The notes: a model not told the origin generated them from the letters alone. Positions 36,001-44,148 are shown, counted from the first letter of the stretch. The stretch: DNA of 64,000 bases from a virus (IMGVR_UViG_3300011113_000787:47269-111268); one strand, 5' to 3'. Numbers and translations are program-made.

Positions 36001-36338
36001 TTAATTATTAATTTCAAAAGGTCACTTAAAACTTTAATATTATTCCTCTCACCAAACCAATCTCTAATATATTTCCATGATTCGTTGGGGTCGATAGAAA
36101 AATACCCTTCAATCTTATCACATAACTCCTCTGACCTATAAACTTTGACCATATCTTGTCTGATAGAAAACCATATAATTAAGGTTCCATTGGATGACCT
36201 AACGTCATAGTTTTCTGACCATGTTCTAAAAAGTCCTGAAGGTCTTGGTTCACATAAAGTGCCATCACCAACATACTCATCCAAAAAATTATAAATCTTG
36301 TCTTTCATATACCAAATGTATTTTTTCAATTCCTCCAA
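35997..36338 (-). CDS. hypothetical protein (113 aa)
   Basis: ORF with ATGA coupling. Confidence 0.4.
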   Translation of the reverse strand: MEELKKYIWYMKDKIYNFLDEYVGDGTLCEPRPSGLFRTWSENYDVRSSNGTLIIWFSIRQDMVKVYRSEELCDKIEGYFSIDPNESWKYIRDWFGERNNIKVLSDLLKLIIK

Positions 36339-36525
36339 TCTTATACCTCTCCTTCCACGTATCCATTACATCACTATACTCATTATCAACCTGATTTTGA
36401 TGTCCCTTCAAATATTGCCTACCCTCAGGTGTGTAATCCCTTCCCAATCTTTGAAACTCAAACATGTGAGGGAATTTATTTTTAGGATAATCCATATCTT
36501 TTGTGTATTTGTGCGTTGGAACCAA
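36289..36525 (-). CDS. small protein, tandem paralog 1 of 3 (FPHMFEFQRLGRDY)
   Basis: Shares (K/R)FP(H/Y)xxxLxxxxxxY(T/C/K) N-terminal block and IHK/IHL C-terminal block with next two ORFs. Confidence 0.4.
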   Translation of the reverse strand: MVPTHKYTKDMDYPKNKFPHMFEFQRLGRDYTPEGRQYLKGHQNQVDNEYSDVMDTWKERYKIGGIEKIHLVYERQDL

Positions 36526-36691
36526 ATTTTATTCTTTCCGATATTGCTTCCATTATTTCTGTATACTCACATTGAAGTTCCTCCTCATGGTCCTCATAAT
36601 ACTCCTCCCCTTTCGCACAATATCTTCCACCAAGAATTTTTAATTTATAAACATGGGGAAACCTCTCTTTATTGTGTATTGTTAACTGCAT
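36482..36691 (-). CDS. small protein, tandem paralog 2 of 3 (RFPHVYKLKILGGRY)
   Basis: See paralog 1. Confidence 0.4.
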   Translation of the reverse strand: MQLTIHNKERFPHVYKLKILGGRYCAKGEEYYEDHEEELQCEYTEIMEAISERIKFGSNAQIHKRYGLS

Positions 36692-36884
36692 CCAATTTAT
36701 GAATTTTATTATTACCCCCCAAAATTAAAACTCTATGTTCAATAAGGTCAAGTCTATCTCGATACTCCTTCCATAGTTCATGCTTATAATCCCTTCGAAA
36801 CAACCAACTATCTTGCCTTGGAATTTCAAATTCCATTCTCTCAAGTTCATAAAGATAAGGAAACATTTTCTTTGGAAATTTCAT
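36669..36884 (-). CDS. small protein, tandem paralog 3 of 3 (MFPYLYELERMEFEI)
   Basis: See paralog 1. Confidence 0.4.
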   Translation of the reverse strand: MKFPKKMFPYLYELERMEFEIPRQDSWLFRRDYKHELWKEYRDRLDLIEHRVLILGGNNKIHKLDAVNNTQ

Positions 36885-37104
36885 TACTCCTCATCTTTTT
36901 TATCAAACAAATACTCATGTAAAATTGTACCCCCAAATATCAGAAGAGTTACACCAAAGAAAATTATAATTGAATAGTCCATGTCTTACCTTTTCATGCA
37001 AACTTAGGTCTTTTAGAAAAATTTTCCAAAAATTTTTTTTTGAGTATAAAGGGGTATTTTGAAATGGGGGGTCTTGTCTATGGAACGTAGTGGAATACTT
37101 GTTT

Positions 37105-37179
37105 TGGAAATATATTTCCATTTGTGTGAATATGGGTGGACTTTTACCCCACCATTATTTGAAATAAGAAATATATTTC
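37105..37179. promoter_or_regulatory. pair of perfect palindromes TGGAAATATATTTCCA / GAAATATATTTC, 63 bp apart (operator candidates)
   Basis: 16-bp perfect palindrome at 37105-37120 and 12-bp copy at 37168-37179, upstream of the 36289-36884 paralog array. Confidence 0.35.
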
Positions 37180-37192
37180 CAATTCCCACAAA

Positions 37193-37220
37193 TAAAAAAC
37201 CCCTCTTGTTGGGGAGGGGG
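37193..37220 (-). terminator. rho-independent terminator (minus strand)
   Basis: A-run + CCCCTC ttgttggg GAGGGG. Confidence 0.5.
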
Positions 37221-37224
37221 TGAA

Positions 37225-37542
37225 TTAATAATATATTGAACAATATGCGTGGAGGATAAGCTCATCGGGAAACCTATATTCAAACCATTTCCTAAATAGG
37301 ATTCCAGTTTCAGCCTGATTCAGGTTTAAATAATTCATAATGGTTAAGAATAGTTGTTGTTTAATTCCCAAGCTATGGTCCACAAATTCAAAGACAAGGT
37401 CTTCATTTTCATCAATCATTTCAAAGTCCCCTTCTTTAGCATTCACATTGGTTGAATCAACAACCTGAAGTTCCCCCACCGTATCAGTGATATACTTATC
37501 AATTATTTTTACAAGTCTACTTTCTGCAATGATATAATCCAT
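37225..37542 (-). CDS. MDYIIAE-family small protein (group A)
   Basis: MDYIIAESRLVKIIDKYI N-terminus; C-terminus FRKWFEYRFPDEL. Confidence 0.5.
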   Translation of the reverse strand: MDYIIAESRLVKIIDKYITDTVGELQVVDSTNVNAKEGDFEMIDENEDLVFEFVDHSLGIKQQLFLTIMNYLNLNQAETGILFRKWFEYRFPDELILHAYCSIYY

Positions 37543-37544
37543 AA

Positions 37545-37790
37545 TTAAAAATTGTGAACCAACTTATAAGTCCATCTAGGATTGGATGGTTTATATATCT
37601 TTCCGTGAAAATTGAACAGGGTTTCTATTGTCTCAGCCAATTCCCTAACTTGCTCAGAAGAAGGAACAGGATATTTTAAATAAATAATCACCTCCCCATC
37701 CTCTATTTGAGCATCATCAACAAAACGTTTTTGTTCCAAAAAACTCAAAACAAGTTTCTCCAATCTGCTCTCACTTATAATATATTTCAT
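37545..37790 (-). CDS. MKYIISE-family small protein (group A); start reassigned to ATG 37790
   Basis: MKYIISESRLEKLVLSFL; GGTATTTATTTTT box immediately upstream of this ATG (track start 37817 lies upstream of the box). Confidence 0.5.
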   Translation of the reverse strand: MKYIISESRLEKLVLSFLEQKRFVDDAQIEDGEVIIYLKYPVPSSEQVRELAETIETLFNFHGKIYKPSNPRWTYKLVHNF

Positions 37791-37869
37791 AAAAATAAAT
37801 ACCCAAAAAAGGGACAATTTTTTCCCAAAAATTTTTAAATGAAAAAACCCCCTTCTTTTCAGAAGAGGG
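37791..37869. repeat. intergenic terminator-promoter cassette, copy 1 (~75 bp)
   Basis: AAATAAATACC...AAAAGGGACAATTTTTTCCCAAAAATTTTTAAATGAAAAAACCCCCTTCTTTTCAGAAGAGGGTC. Confidence 0.6.
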
Positions 37870-37875
37870 TCGTGT

Positions 37876-38172
37876 TTAAACTTCTTTATTCAATTTCATT
37901 TCTTCCCATTCCTCCCTACTGAAAGGGTTATTATAAACCCCACAAATTTCAACGTCCATATATTTTGCAAGATTTCTAACAAATTCATTAACATCCTCAT
38001 AGTTTACGTTTTCCAAATTTTCATCTAAGATACCAAGAAATACTTCATAACATTTGTTACGAGGAGTATAGACATACCCTATACCTGAATCTTCCTTAAC
38101 TCTGAAATCCAAATACATTGGGAATTTATCGAAAAACATTTGTCTTAAAAAGTTCTCAAAACCTTTTTTCAT
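37876..38172 (-). CDS. hypothetical small protein; start reassigned to ATG 38172 (MKKGFENF...)
   Basis: GGTATTTATTTTAT box directly upstream of 38172. Confidence 0.45.
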   Translation of the reverse strand: MKKGFENFLRQMFFDKFPMYLDFRVKEDSGIGYVYTPRNKCYEVFLGILDENLENVNYEDVNEFVRNLAKYMDVEICGVYNNPFSREEWEEMKLNKEV

Positions 38173-38252
38173 ATAAAATAAATACCACCCCGAAAGGACA
38201 ATTTTTTCCAAAAATTTTTAAATGAAAAAACCCCCTTCTTTTCAGAAGAGGG
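38166..38252. repeat. intergenic terminator-promoter cassette, copy 2
   Basis: Near-identical to copy 1 including hairpin CCCCCTTCTTTTCAGAAGAGGG. Confidence 0.6.
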
Positions 38253-38266
38253 TCTTGTTTTAGAAA

Positions 38267-38605
38267 TTACATTTTTGGACTTGTGTCTTGGAGTTGTTCA
38301 AAGGTTGGAAGAGTTACCCCCGTTATTTTCTTTGCTGTTAAATCATCTTGAACAAGCTTGACCACTTGAGGATATAACTGAGCTGCGTCTTTTCCTTCTG
38401 CACCTTTACTTGTGATAATTTGACTTGTTGTCTTATCAATAACTTTTATATCAACTCTACATGAACCATAGAAACAAAACTTTGTTCCCGCAGCCATGTA
38501 CTGTGTATTAGGAGCAGGTTGTTGCGGTTGAGTCTGCTCAGAAAGATTATGCATCCCCAAGATACTTCTTCTTTCTTCTTCTGTAATTATTACTAAGTTT
38601 TTCAT
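38267..38605 (-). CDS. family-B small protein (MKNLVIITEEERRSILGMH); start ATG 38605
   Basis: TATTTATTGAAT box directly upstream. Confidence 0.45.
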   Translation of the reverse strand: MKNLVIITEEERRSILGMHNLSEQTQPQQPAPNTQYMAAGTKFCFYGSCRVDIKVIDKTTSQIITSKGAEGKDAAQLYPQVVKLVQDDLTAKKITGVTLPTFEQLQDTSPKM

Positions 38606-38610
38606 ATTCA

Positions 38611-38672
38611 ATAAATACCAAAATTTTCCAAAAATTTTTAAATGAAAAAACCCCCTTCATTTCTGAAGAGGG
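38611..38672. repeat. intergenic terminator-promoter cassette, copy 3
   Basis: ATAAATACCAAAATTTTCCAAAAATTTTTAAATGAAAAAACCCCCTTCATTTCTGAAGAGGGTC. Confidence 0.6.
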
Positions 38673-38697
38673 TCTTATTTCTAAAATATTTTTTAAT

Positions 38698-38931
38698 TTA
38701 TTTTACAGGTGAACCTTGTGAAGGTGCTGAACAATCCAATCCTATTTTTTGACCGTTAATGATGAAAACCAAATCATCACCCTCAACAACTACTTGAGCT
38801 GTTTTGTTAGGTAATGTATTTAATTTAGCAACTAAATCAGCAGGATTCAAATCCATTCTAAAACCTTCTTTTAAAATTTTTTTGGTTAATCTAACCAAAT
38901 CAGATTCTCTCAATTTTATAGTCTTTGCCAT
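38698..38931 (-). CDS. family-B small protein (KLRESDLVRLTKKILKEG)
   Basis: N-terminal motif; preceded by partial copy 4 of cassette (38945-38992). Confidence 0.45.
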   Translation of the reverse strand: MAKTIKLRESDLVRLTKKILKEGFRMDLNPADLVAKLNTLPNKTAQVVVEGDDLVFIINGQKIGLDCSAPSQGSPVK

Positions 38932-39157
38932 GTTTAAATGTTTTCAATAAATACCTCAAAAAAGGACAATTTTTTCCCAAAAATTTTTTTTGCGTTACTC
39001 AAGGTATTATCCCCCCCAAACTGACGTTTTGTCCTATAGTAAGGGGGGATACGGGGGGAGGGGCCCCCACCTAGGGGGTATACCCCCATGCCGAAGGGGG
39101 GTTATGTGGATAAATAGTTATCCCCACCTCCCCTGTGGATAAATAAATTTGGTTTTG

Positions 39158-39661
39158 TTAAAATGTCGTTTTGTCTTTTCTTGCAAACACGGCGTCTTCA
39201 GGGACCTCCATCTTAGGAGCGAGCCATGACCCCACCACGAACTGTCTATCTTTGCCGAGCTTAAGGTCTTCGGGAATGGCGGGGGACTTAGCAATTTGTT
39301 TCATTGTCTTTTCTATATCCTCTTGTATGTAGTTACTATCTTCACGGGGTACATCATACATGGTTGTGAGATATGCTGTCGAGTAGGCGTATGGGTCGTG
39401 GGTGTGAAGGAATGTATTCTCGGTCCCGAAATAGAATTTCATGTATGAGTTAAGTGGCCACCCCGTCTCACGTTGTAACATGTATGGGTCAATTAGCACA
39501 TTAACAAATATTAAGGCGTATTGGTTTATCTCCTCATCTGAGGGGAGAAGGACATCTATAATCCATGGGAACTCACGTTTAAGAATTTTCTTAATTAGCT
39601 TAAACTCATAGGAGTTTTCCACCTCTTCTTTTGTGACGAATCTTTGGGGGTCATTAAACAT
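39158..39661 (-). CDS. hypothetical protein (167 aa) with FPWIIDV motif; higher GC than surroundings
   Basis: KREFPWIIDVLLP block shared with 15996..16625. Confidence 0.45.
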   Translation of the reverse strand: MFNDPQRFVTKEEVENSYEFKLIKKILKREFPWIIDVLLPSDEEINQYALIFVNVLIDPYMLQRETGWPLNSYMKFYFGTENTFLHTHDPYAYSTAYLTTMYDVPREDSNYIQEDIEKTMKQIAKSPAIPEDLKLGKDRQFVVGSWLAPKMEVPEDAVFARKDKTTF

Positions 39662-39724
39662 GAAAAATAAATTTGTTTAATTGATAAATAGTTTGGACCT
39701 TTGATAATCTAAATCTTAACTAAT

Positions 39725-39859
39725 ATGAAGAAGTTTATTAAAGCTGTGATTATCGGGTACGTTGTATTGTGGGGGGTTCAGTGGATGAAAGACCTTTTCC
39801 GTGATGAGAACATTAACACTTTGGATGACGTGAAGCGTCTGTTGAAGGAGAAGTTATAA
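39725..39859 (+). CDS. small membrane peptide (44 aa), not in ORF track
   Basis: MKKFIKAVIIGYVVLWGVQWM...; ATG 39725 to TAA 39857-39859. Confidence 0.3.
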   Translation: MKKFIKAVIIGYVVLWGVQWMKDLFRDENINTLDDVKRLLKEKL

Positions 39860-40279
39860 CCCCGACATTAGTATTCTGTTTCTACACTCACTTATAATCT
39901 GAGCTGGGGTGATGGACTCGTCTTTTGTATAGAGTCCTTCCACCTTGGCATCTACGCATGCCCATGAGTTAAGACCTATGGGTTTTCTCACATAACCTCT
40001 TTTTGCTTTCTCGAAGTATAGTATACCGAGACTCTCTGTGAGCTCCCCCACCTTGAAGAGTACCTCCACAGATATTCGCTCAGGCGTGATTAGTGTTATA
40101 TCATACGACAGTTTGGCGGATGTATCGACGTTAGTTGATTCCATATACGGTAAAACATAGTTATGGAACATATAAAAATAAAGGGTCCCACTCACACGAT
40201 ATCCACCTGACGATATGTCTGTGTGGATAAAAAAGTTTTCCACACGAGGTTTGGGGATAACTTTTTTTGGAAAAGACAA
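39854..40279 (-). CDS. hypothetical protein (141 aa); N-terminal part overlaps DnaA-box cluster so true start may be internal Met
   Basis: ORF; first ~35 codons coincide with DnaA boxes at 40198-40245. Confidence 0.35.
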   Translation of the reverse strand: MSFPKKVIPKPRVENFFIHTDISSGGYRVSGTLYFYMFHNYVLPYMESTNVDTSAKLSYDITLITPERISVEVLFKVGELTESLGILYFEKAKRGYVRKPIGLNSWACVDAKVEGLYTKDESITPAQIISECRNRILMSGL

Positions 40280-40587
40280 AAAGTCAGGGGAGCTTTAGAT
40301 GGGGGATAATCCCCTCGACCCATTTTCCCCCACTTTTCCCCACCACTCATTCCCACTTTCTCCCACCCATTATGGTCATGGCATACCCTAAAACCCCACT
40401 TTTTCCCTTCTGACGGTATCAGGAGGACCAGTTTTTTACTATGTATATTTCTTAGCAAAAAAAGGAAGATTAAGTATAATGAGCGGGGAGTGAGTGTAAC
40501 GAACCTTTAATATGATTAAATTACCTTCAACGAGATGGACATGTAGTGTCCCATAGTATGGACAATTCATATATGGTGGGTAAATGT

Positions 40588-40740
40588 GGGAGTTAATTAT
40601 ACGATATTTCATTTAATCGTGTGAATACACGATACTCTATTTTATCGTTTCATTTGACGATACTATGGTCATGTCGAAAATATCGTTTCGTTTCATCACG
40701 AAGTGTTGTCTAATGACGATATGATATACATGACCATTAT
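40588..40740. repeat. iteron-like direct repeats (ACGATAyT / TTTCATTT) and inverted TATGGTCATG copies
   Basis: ACGATA at 40591, 40618, 40648, 40705; TTTCATTT at 40597, 40638, 40681; TATGGTCATG at 40371 and 40654, inverted copy at 40719-40729. Confidence 0.45.
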
Positions 40741-40810
40741 ATCACCATCTCACGAGTCCCCTCACTTATGCGGGGGGATAATTAGGGTGGGGTAAGTTTT
40801 ACATTATAAT

Positions 40811-41203
40811 GTGTTTTATGGTGGACATTTTACTACATCTTTATCCTTTTTACGACACATTTGGAAGAATATAGAGTTGTTATATTTCTCCAAAACCCCT
40901 AAAAAAAGTGAGATTTGGAGAAATATAAATGATATATTTATGAGTATGGAAGAAGCTTTCGAAAAGATATTAAATAGTATAGTTGTACCTATGAACCACA
41001 GACTATCAGGTGTGAGGGTAAATAAACATAATCGACTTAAGGGTACTTATGATGTAACTTATTTCTTTAATGATAGAGTTGATTTTCATGATGGTCAGAA
41101 AATACAGATAGAAACAGATAACATGTTTAGATTATTAGGACTTAAGGGAAAGGAAACTTTCATTATTTCATTTGAAAAAGCAGACGATTTCGTAAACATA
41201 TAA
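40811..41203 (+). CDS. hypothetical protein (130 aa), first gene of plus-strand module
   Basis: ORF downstream of origin-like region; start uncertain. Confidence 0.4.
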   Translation: MFYGGHFTTSLSFLRHIWKNIELLYFSKTPKKSEIWRNINDIFMSMEEAFEKILNSIVVPMNHRLSGVRVNKHNRLKGTYDVTYFFNDRVDFHDGQKIQIETDNMFRLLGLKGKETFIISFEKADDFVNI

Positions 41204-41442
41204 TGGTACAGTTAGAAAGAATATTAGAACAGATTATTATCCCCCGATATAAAGAACTTGTGGGTGTTAACGTAACCACTATGGGATTGGATAGTACATG
41301 GTTTAAAGTTGTATATTATTTCAGACCCCCTTTAGATAGAAGTGATGCTATTGAGATTATGGAAGAGACCACATCACTCTATAAGATGCTTGGAGTCAGA
41401 GGTGGAGATATTGTCGTATCATTTGAACCATATATAGGGTAG
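41203..41442 (+). CDS. hypothetical small protein (79 aa)
   Basis: TAATG overlap with upstream ORF. Confidence 0.4.
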   Translation: MVQLERILEQIIIPRYKELVGVNVTTMGLDSTWFKVVYYFRPPLDRSDAIEIMEETTSLYKMLGVRGGDIVVSFEPYIG

Positions 41443-41557
41443 ATTATACAATTAAAGAGAGAAGTGAGGGACATCCACGGAACGTAGTGTAGTGGATTGT
41501 ATTTGTCCCGAACTGAACGAATTAATTGGATAATCTAATAGAATTATATTTATTTAC

Positions 41558-41938
41558 ATGAGATACATTATAACACAGACGCAGCTTCATACACTTATAT
41601 ACAAGTATTTGGATGAGATGTTCTCTTCACAAGACTTTAGAAAAGAAATTAATCCATACGTTAAAGACGGTAATACTTGGAGGATTAATATGTTTGATAA
41701 TGAAGGTAATGAACTCATGAACTATTTTTGGTTTGGACCAGGTAATTCTTGGGACGACGATGAAGACACTCCTCCACACAATGGTGTTGGTAATCTTCAT
41801 ATCCACCACAAAGTTGTTGATACGTTAAAGAAGACATTCTCCATTAGGGAGAGCAAAGTTCTTGATATTGTTGCTGATTGGGTTAGTGAGACTTTGGGTG
41901 CAGATATTGATGATATTGATATCTACCCTGAAAAATAA
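41558..41938 (+). CDS. MRYIITQ-family small protein (group A, plus strand)
   Basis: MRYIITQTQLHTLIYKYLDEMF. Confidence 0.45.
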   Translation: MRYIITQTQLHTLIYKYLDEMFSSQDFRKEINPYVKDGNTWRINMFDNEGNELMNYFWFGPGNSWDDDEDTPPHNGVGNLHIHHKVVDTLKKTFSIRESKVLDIVADWVSETLGADIDDIDIYPEK

Positions 41939-41996
41939 AACCCCCACCATTTCTGATGAGGGTCTCCCTTCGGTAGCGTTCCGTTAGGAAAGAATG

Positions 41997-42371
41997 TTAT
42001 TGTTTGTCGAAGGTTAGTGAAATATCTCCACCATTTTCGAATAGATTCCACGCTAATAGTGTTGCCCCACCGTTTGCGGTTTGTACCCACTGTATACCAT
42101 TTGCAACTGCGGTCATCTTAATTGTTTGGTCATTATCTGCCATCCATCCACGGTCCACATATACTCCTGCTTCAGGACCAAAAGATAGATTACCTTGCAT
42201 GTACCATACGTTTGGTGTTACCCAAAATAGTAATGACTTTGTATTATGTACTTCTTCAGAGGACCACTGCGTCTGAGAGTTTGGTCCTATGGTTGTGTTG
42301 CCAGGACCTACACCGTCAACTGTTAAGTTGTATTCAGTGTTGTTTTGAATTGTGATGTTTGCTTGCCACAT
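41997..42371 (-). CDS. hypothetical beta-rich protein (124 aa)
   Basis: ORF; Gly/Asn/Thr/Trp-rich, lectin-like composition. Confidence 0.4.
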   Translation of the reverse strand: MWQANITIQNNTEYNLTVDGVGPGNTTIGPNSQTQWSSEEVHNTKSLLFWVTPNVWYMQGNLSFGPEAGVYVDRGWMADNDQTIKMTAVANGIQWVQTANGGATLLAWNLFENGGDISLTFDKQ

Positions 42372-42435
42372 ATTTTTTTTATCTATAAATATAAGTTGGT
42401 TGTCCTACTTAAATTTTATTTATATCTTTGATAAC

Positions 42436-42747
42436 ATGGAAAGAATTTATTCTGCGGCAATTTGGTATAAAGATATGCCAACACCAAAATATAAACCAAC
42501 AAATGTTGAAGTGGGTCTCGTTGTTGAAGGACATAGACATGCCGATATTATTAGAACTATGGTTAATCTTCTCGGCAAACGCACTTGCACAAATGGTGAA
42601 GACTGCACTGGTGAATCTGTACAGGGTTTTGTGACCAATAAGAATCGATTTGTTGATAGAGTTGAAGCACTCAAAATCGCTCGTGAAGCAAATCAATTAA
42701 TTTCAGAAACATCATTCTCTGAGCTTTACTCTGAAGACCTATATTAA
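42436..42747 (+). CDS. hypothetical protein (103 aa); start reassigned to ATG 42436
   Basis: MERIYSAAIWYKDM...GLVVEGHRHADII; possible small hydrolase, not assigned. Confidence 0.35.
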   Translation: MERIYSAAIWYKDMPTPKYKPTNVEVGLVVEGHRHADIIRTMVNLLGKRTCTNGEDCTGESVQGFVTNKNRFVDRVEALKIAREANQLISETSFSELYSEDLY

Positions 42748-42773
42748 TTGAGAAAATTAATGTATTTATCGTT

Positions 42774-43025
42774 ATGAAGTACATCATAACAGAACAACAA
42801 GCCTCAGAGATTTTTGCTCTCTATAGAAAACTAATTCAGGATGTCTTGGAACAAAAAGATATCTATGTGAAAGATGTTGAAATCACTCCTATATATTTCC
42901 CGAGAGGGTTGAAAGTGATTGTTAAATTGGAAAAAGGTCAAGATAAGGAGCTCGCAAGGAAACTTATTAAAGGTATAGTTGGAAGTCTTTCAGGTTTTGG
43001 TCAAAGAGAAGTTAGTCTCCCTTAA
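42774..43025 (+). CDS. MKYIITE-family small protein (plus strand)
   Basis: MKYIITEQQASEIFALYRKLIQ. Confidence 0.45.
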   Translation: MKYIITEQQASEIFALYRKLIQDVLEQKDIYVKDVEITPIYFPRGLKVIVKLEKGQDKELARKLIKGIVGSLSGFGQREVSLP

Positions 43026-43309
43026 TTTTTATTGAAATCTAAAACGGTTGATATTTCTCCTGTCCGTCCATCAGCTAAGTAACCGTTCTGTAAGTTTTTA
43101 ATTGCGTATATTGCTTCTGATTCTGATTTAAATACTATAGCTGTTTTATAACAGTCTCCGATTCCACATACCATTTCTTTTATTGTATACCACCTCTCCC
43201 AAAAGAATAAGAATTTCTTTTTAACTTGTATTGTATACTGTTCTGTTTTGATATCACACCTTTCGAAGTAAGTGTGTTTGATTACTCTAAATAATGGAAG
43301 TTTTTTCAT
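43022..43309 (-). CDS. hypothetical small protein (95 aa)
   Basis: ORF convergent with 42774..43025. Confidence 0.35.
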   Translation of the reverse strand: MKKLPLFRVIKHTYFERCDIKTEQYTIQVKKKFLFFWERWYTIKEMVCGIGDCYKTAIVFKSESEAIYAIKNLQNGYLADGRTGEISTVLDFNKN

Positions 43310-43375
43310 AATACGATATGTAATTTTTTTGATATATCAAAAAGTTATTTTACTTTTGAAACAAATTCAAATTAT

Positions 43376-44104
43376 ATGAAAAAAATAACCTTGATTATTC
43401 TTTTGTCCACCCTATTTGTGGCATGTCGAAAGAAAAACTACGTGCAACCCATCTCGAGTTTGTATAACGGTTTGGTTGCCTATTATCCTATGGATGGTAA
43501 TACCAATGACCTTACTCGTTACTCAAATCACGGTGTATCTACAGCTTCATTCACCACTGACCGAAATGGAATACCAAACAAAGCATCTGATTTTATCAGT
43601 GACGAATTTCAATCAACCAATATTCCCATCAATCTTAAATCACAATATACTTTTTCATTTTGGGTTAAAATGAATGCTTATGACGATGGTATGGCAGTGA
43701 TGGAGTTAACCAAAAATAAATCTTGTGAACTTAATCCTCAGATTTGGCAATGGCAAGACACCATCTTTCTATCCACATCATCTAATGTTAACGGTAGAAT
43801 GCCAATAATGTCTATGCAAAGAATCAAAGGTGGAGCTACACCAACTTGGAGTCATGTTCTGTGGACGGTAAAAAATGAAATAACCAAACTCTATGTGAAT
43901 GGTATTTTGATAAATCAAAAAGTTATTAATTGGCCTGACCTCACTAATGTCGATTTGACCTTGGGTAACTCAGGTAATCAGTGTACAGGAGACTTAGGTG
44001 CATCAAATTATCATAATCAACCGTCCAAGGTTTCAATTGATGAGGTCAGAGTATATAATCGTGTGTTATCTGATAGTGAGATATTGAACCTATCAAGAAA
44101 ATAG
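43376..44104 (+). CDS. lipoprotein with LamG / concanavalin-A-like lectin domain
   Basis: Lipobox LSTLFVAC; KLYVNGILINQKVI...SIDEVRVYNRVLSDSEILNL is the LamG_3 pattern. Confidence 0.55.
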   Translation: MKKITLIILLSTLFVACRKKNYVQPISSLYNGLVAYYPMDGNTNDLTRYSNHGVSTASFTTDRNGIPNKASDFISDEFQSTNIPINLKSQYTFSFWVKMNAYDDGMAVMELTKNKSCELNPQIWQWQDTIFLSTSSNVNGRMPIMSMQRIKGGATPTWSHVLWTVKNEITKLYVNGILINQKVINWPDLTNVDLTLGNSGNQCTGDLGASNYHNQPSKVSIDEVRVYNRVLSDSEILNLSRK

Positions 44105-44111
44105 AATTGAA

Positions 44112-44148
44112 GGGTTATTTGGAAATTGAATCTAAATAACCCTTTTTT
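44112..44148. terminator. bidirectional rho-independent terminator
   Basis: GGGTTATTT (13-nt loop) AAATAACCC + TTTTTTATTT. Confidence 0.55.

Larger units (their letters stand above)
39040..40250. other. candidate replication origin region: clusters of DnaA boxes (TGTGGATAA / TTATCCACA and TTATCCCC variants) plus GC palindromes
   Basis: Perfect TGTGGATAA at 39105-39113, 39134-39142, 40222-40230; 1-mismatch boxes at 39118-39126 and 40234-40244; GGGGGTATACCCCC palindrome 39074-39087. Confidence 0.5.

Noticed and set aside
37791-38992. Repeated intergenic elements considered as a CRISPR-like array
   Set aside because: Copies are ~370-450 bp apart with protein-coding genes between them, and each copy is a terminator plus promoter box, not a CRISPR repeat.
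40192-40458. Minus-strand 88-aa ORF (Gly/Trp/Lys-rich)
   Set aside because: Lies entirely within the polypyrimidine repeat and DnaA-box region; low-complexity translation, probably spurious.
41939-41975. Possible terminator after 41558..41938
   Set aside because: C-rich segment followed by GGGTCTCCC does not form a clean stem by eye; left unannotated.
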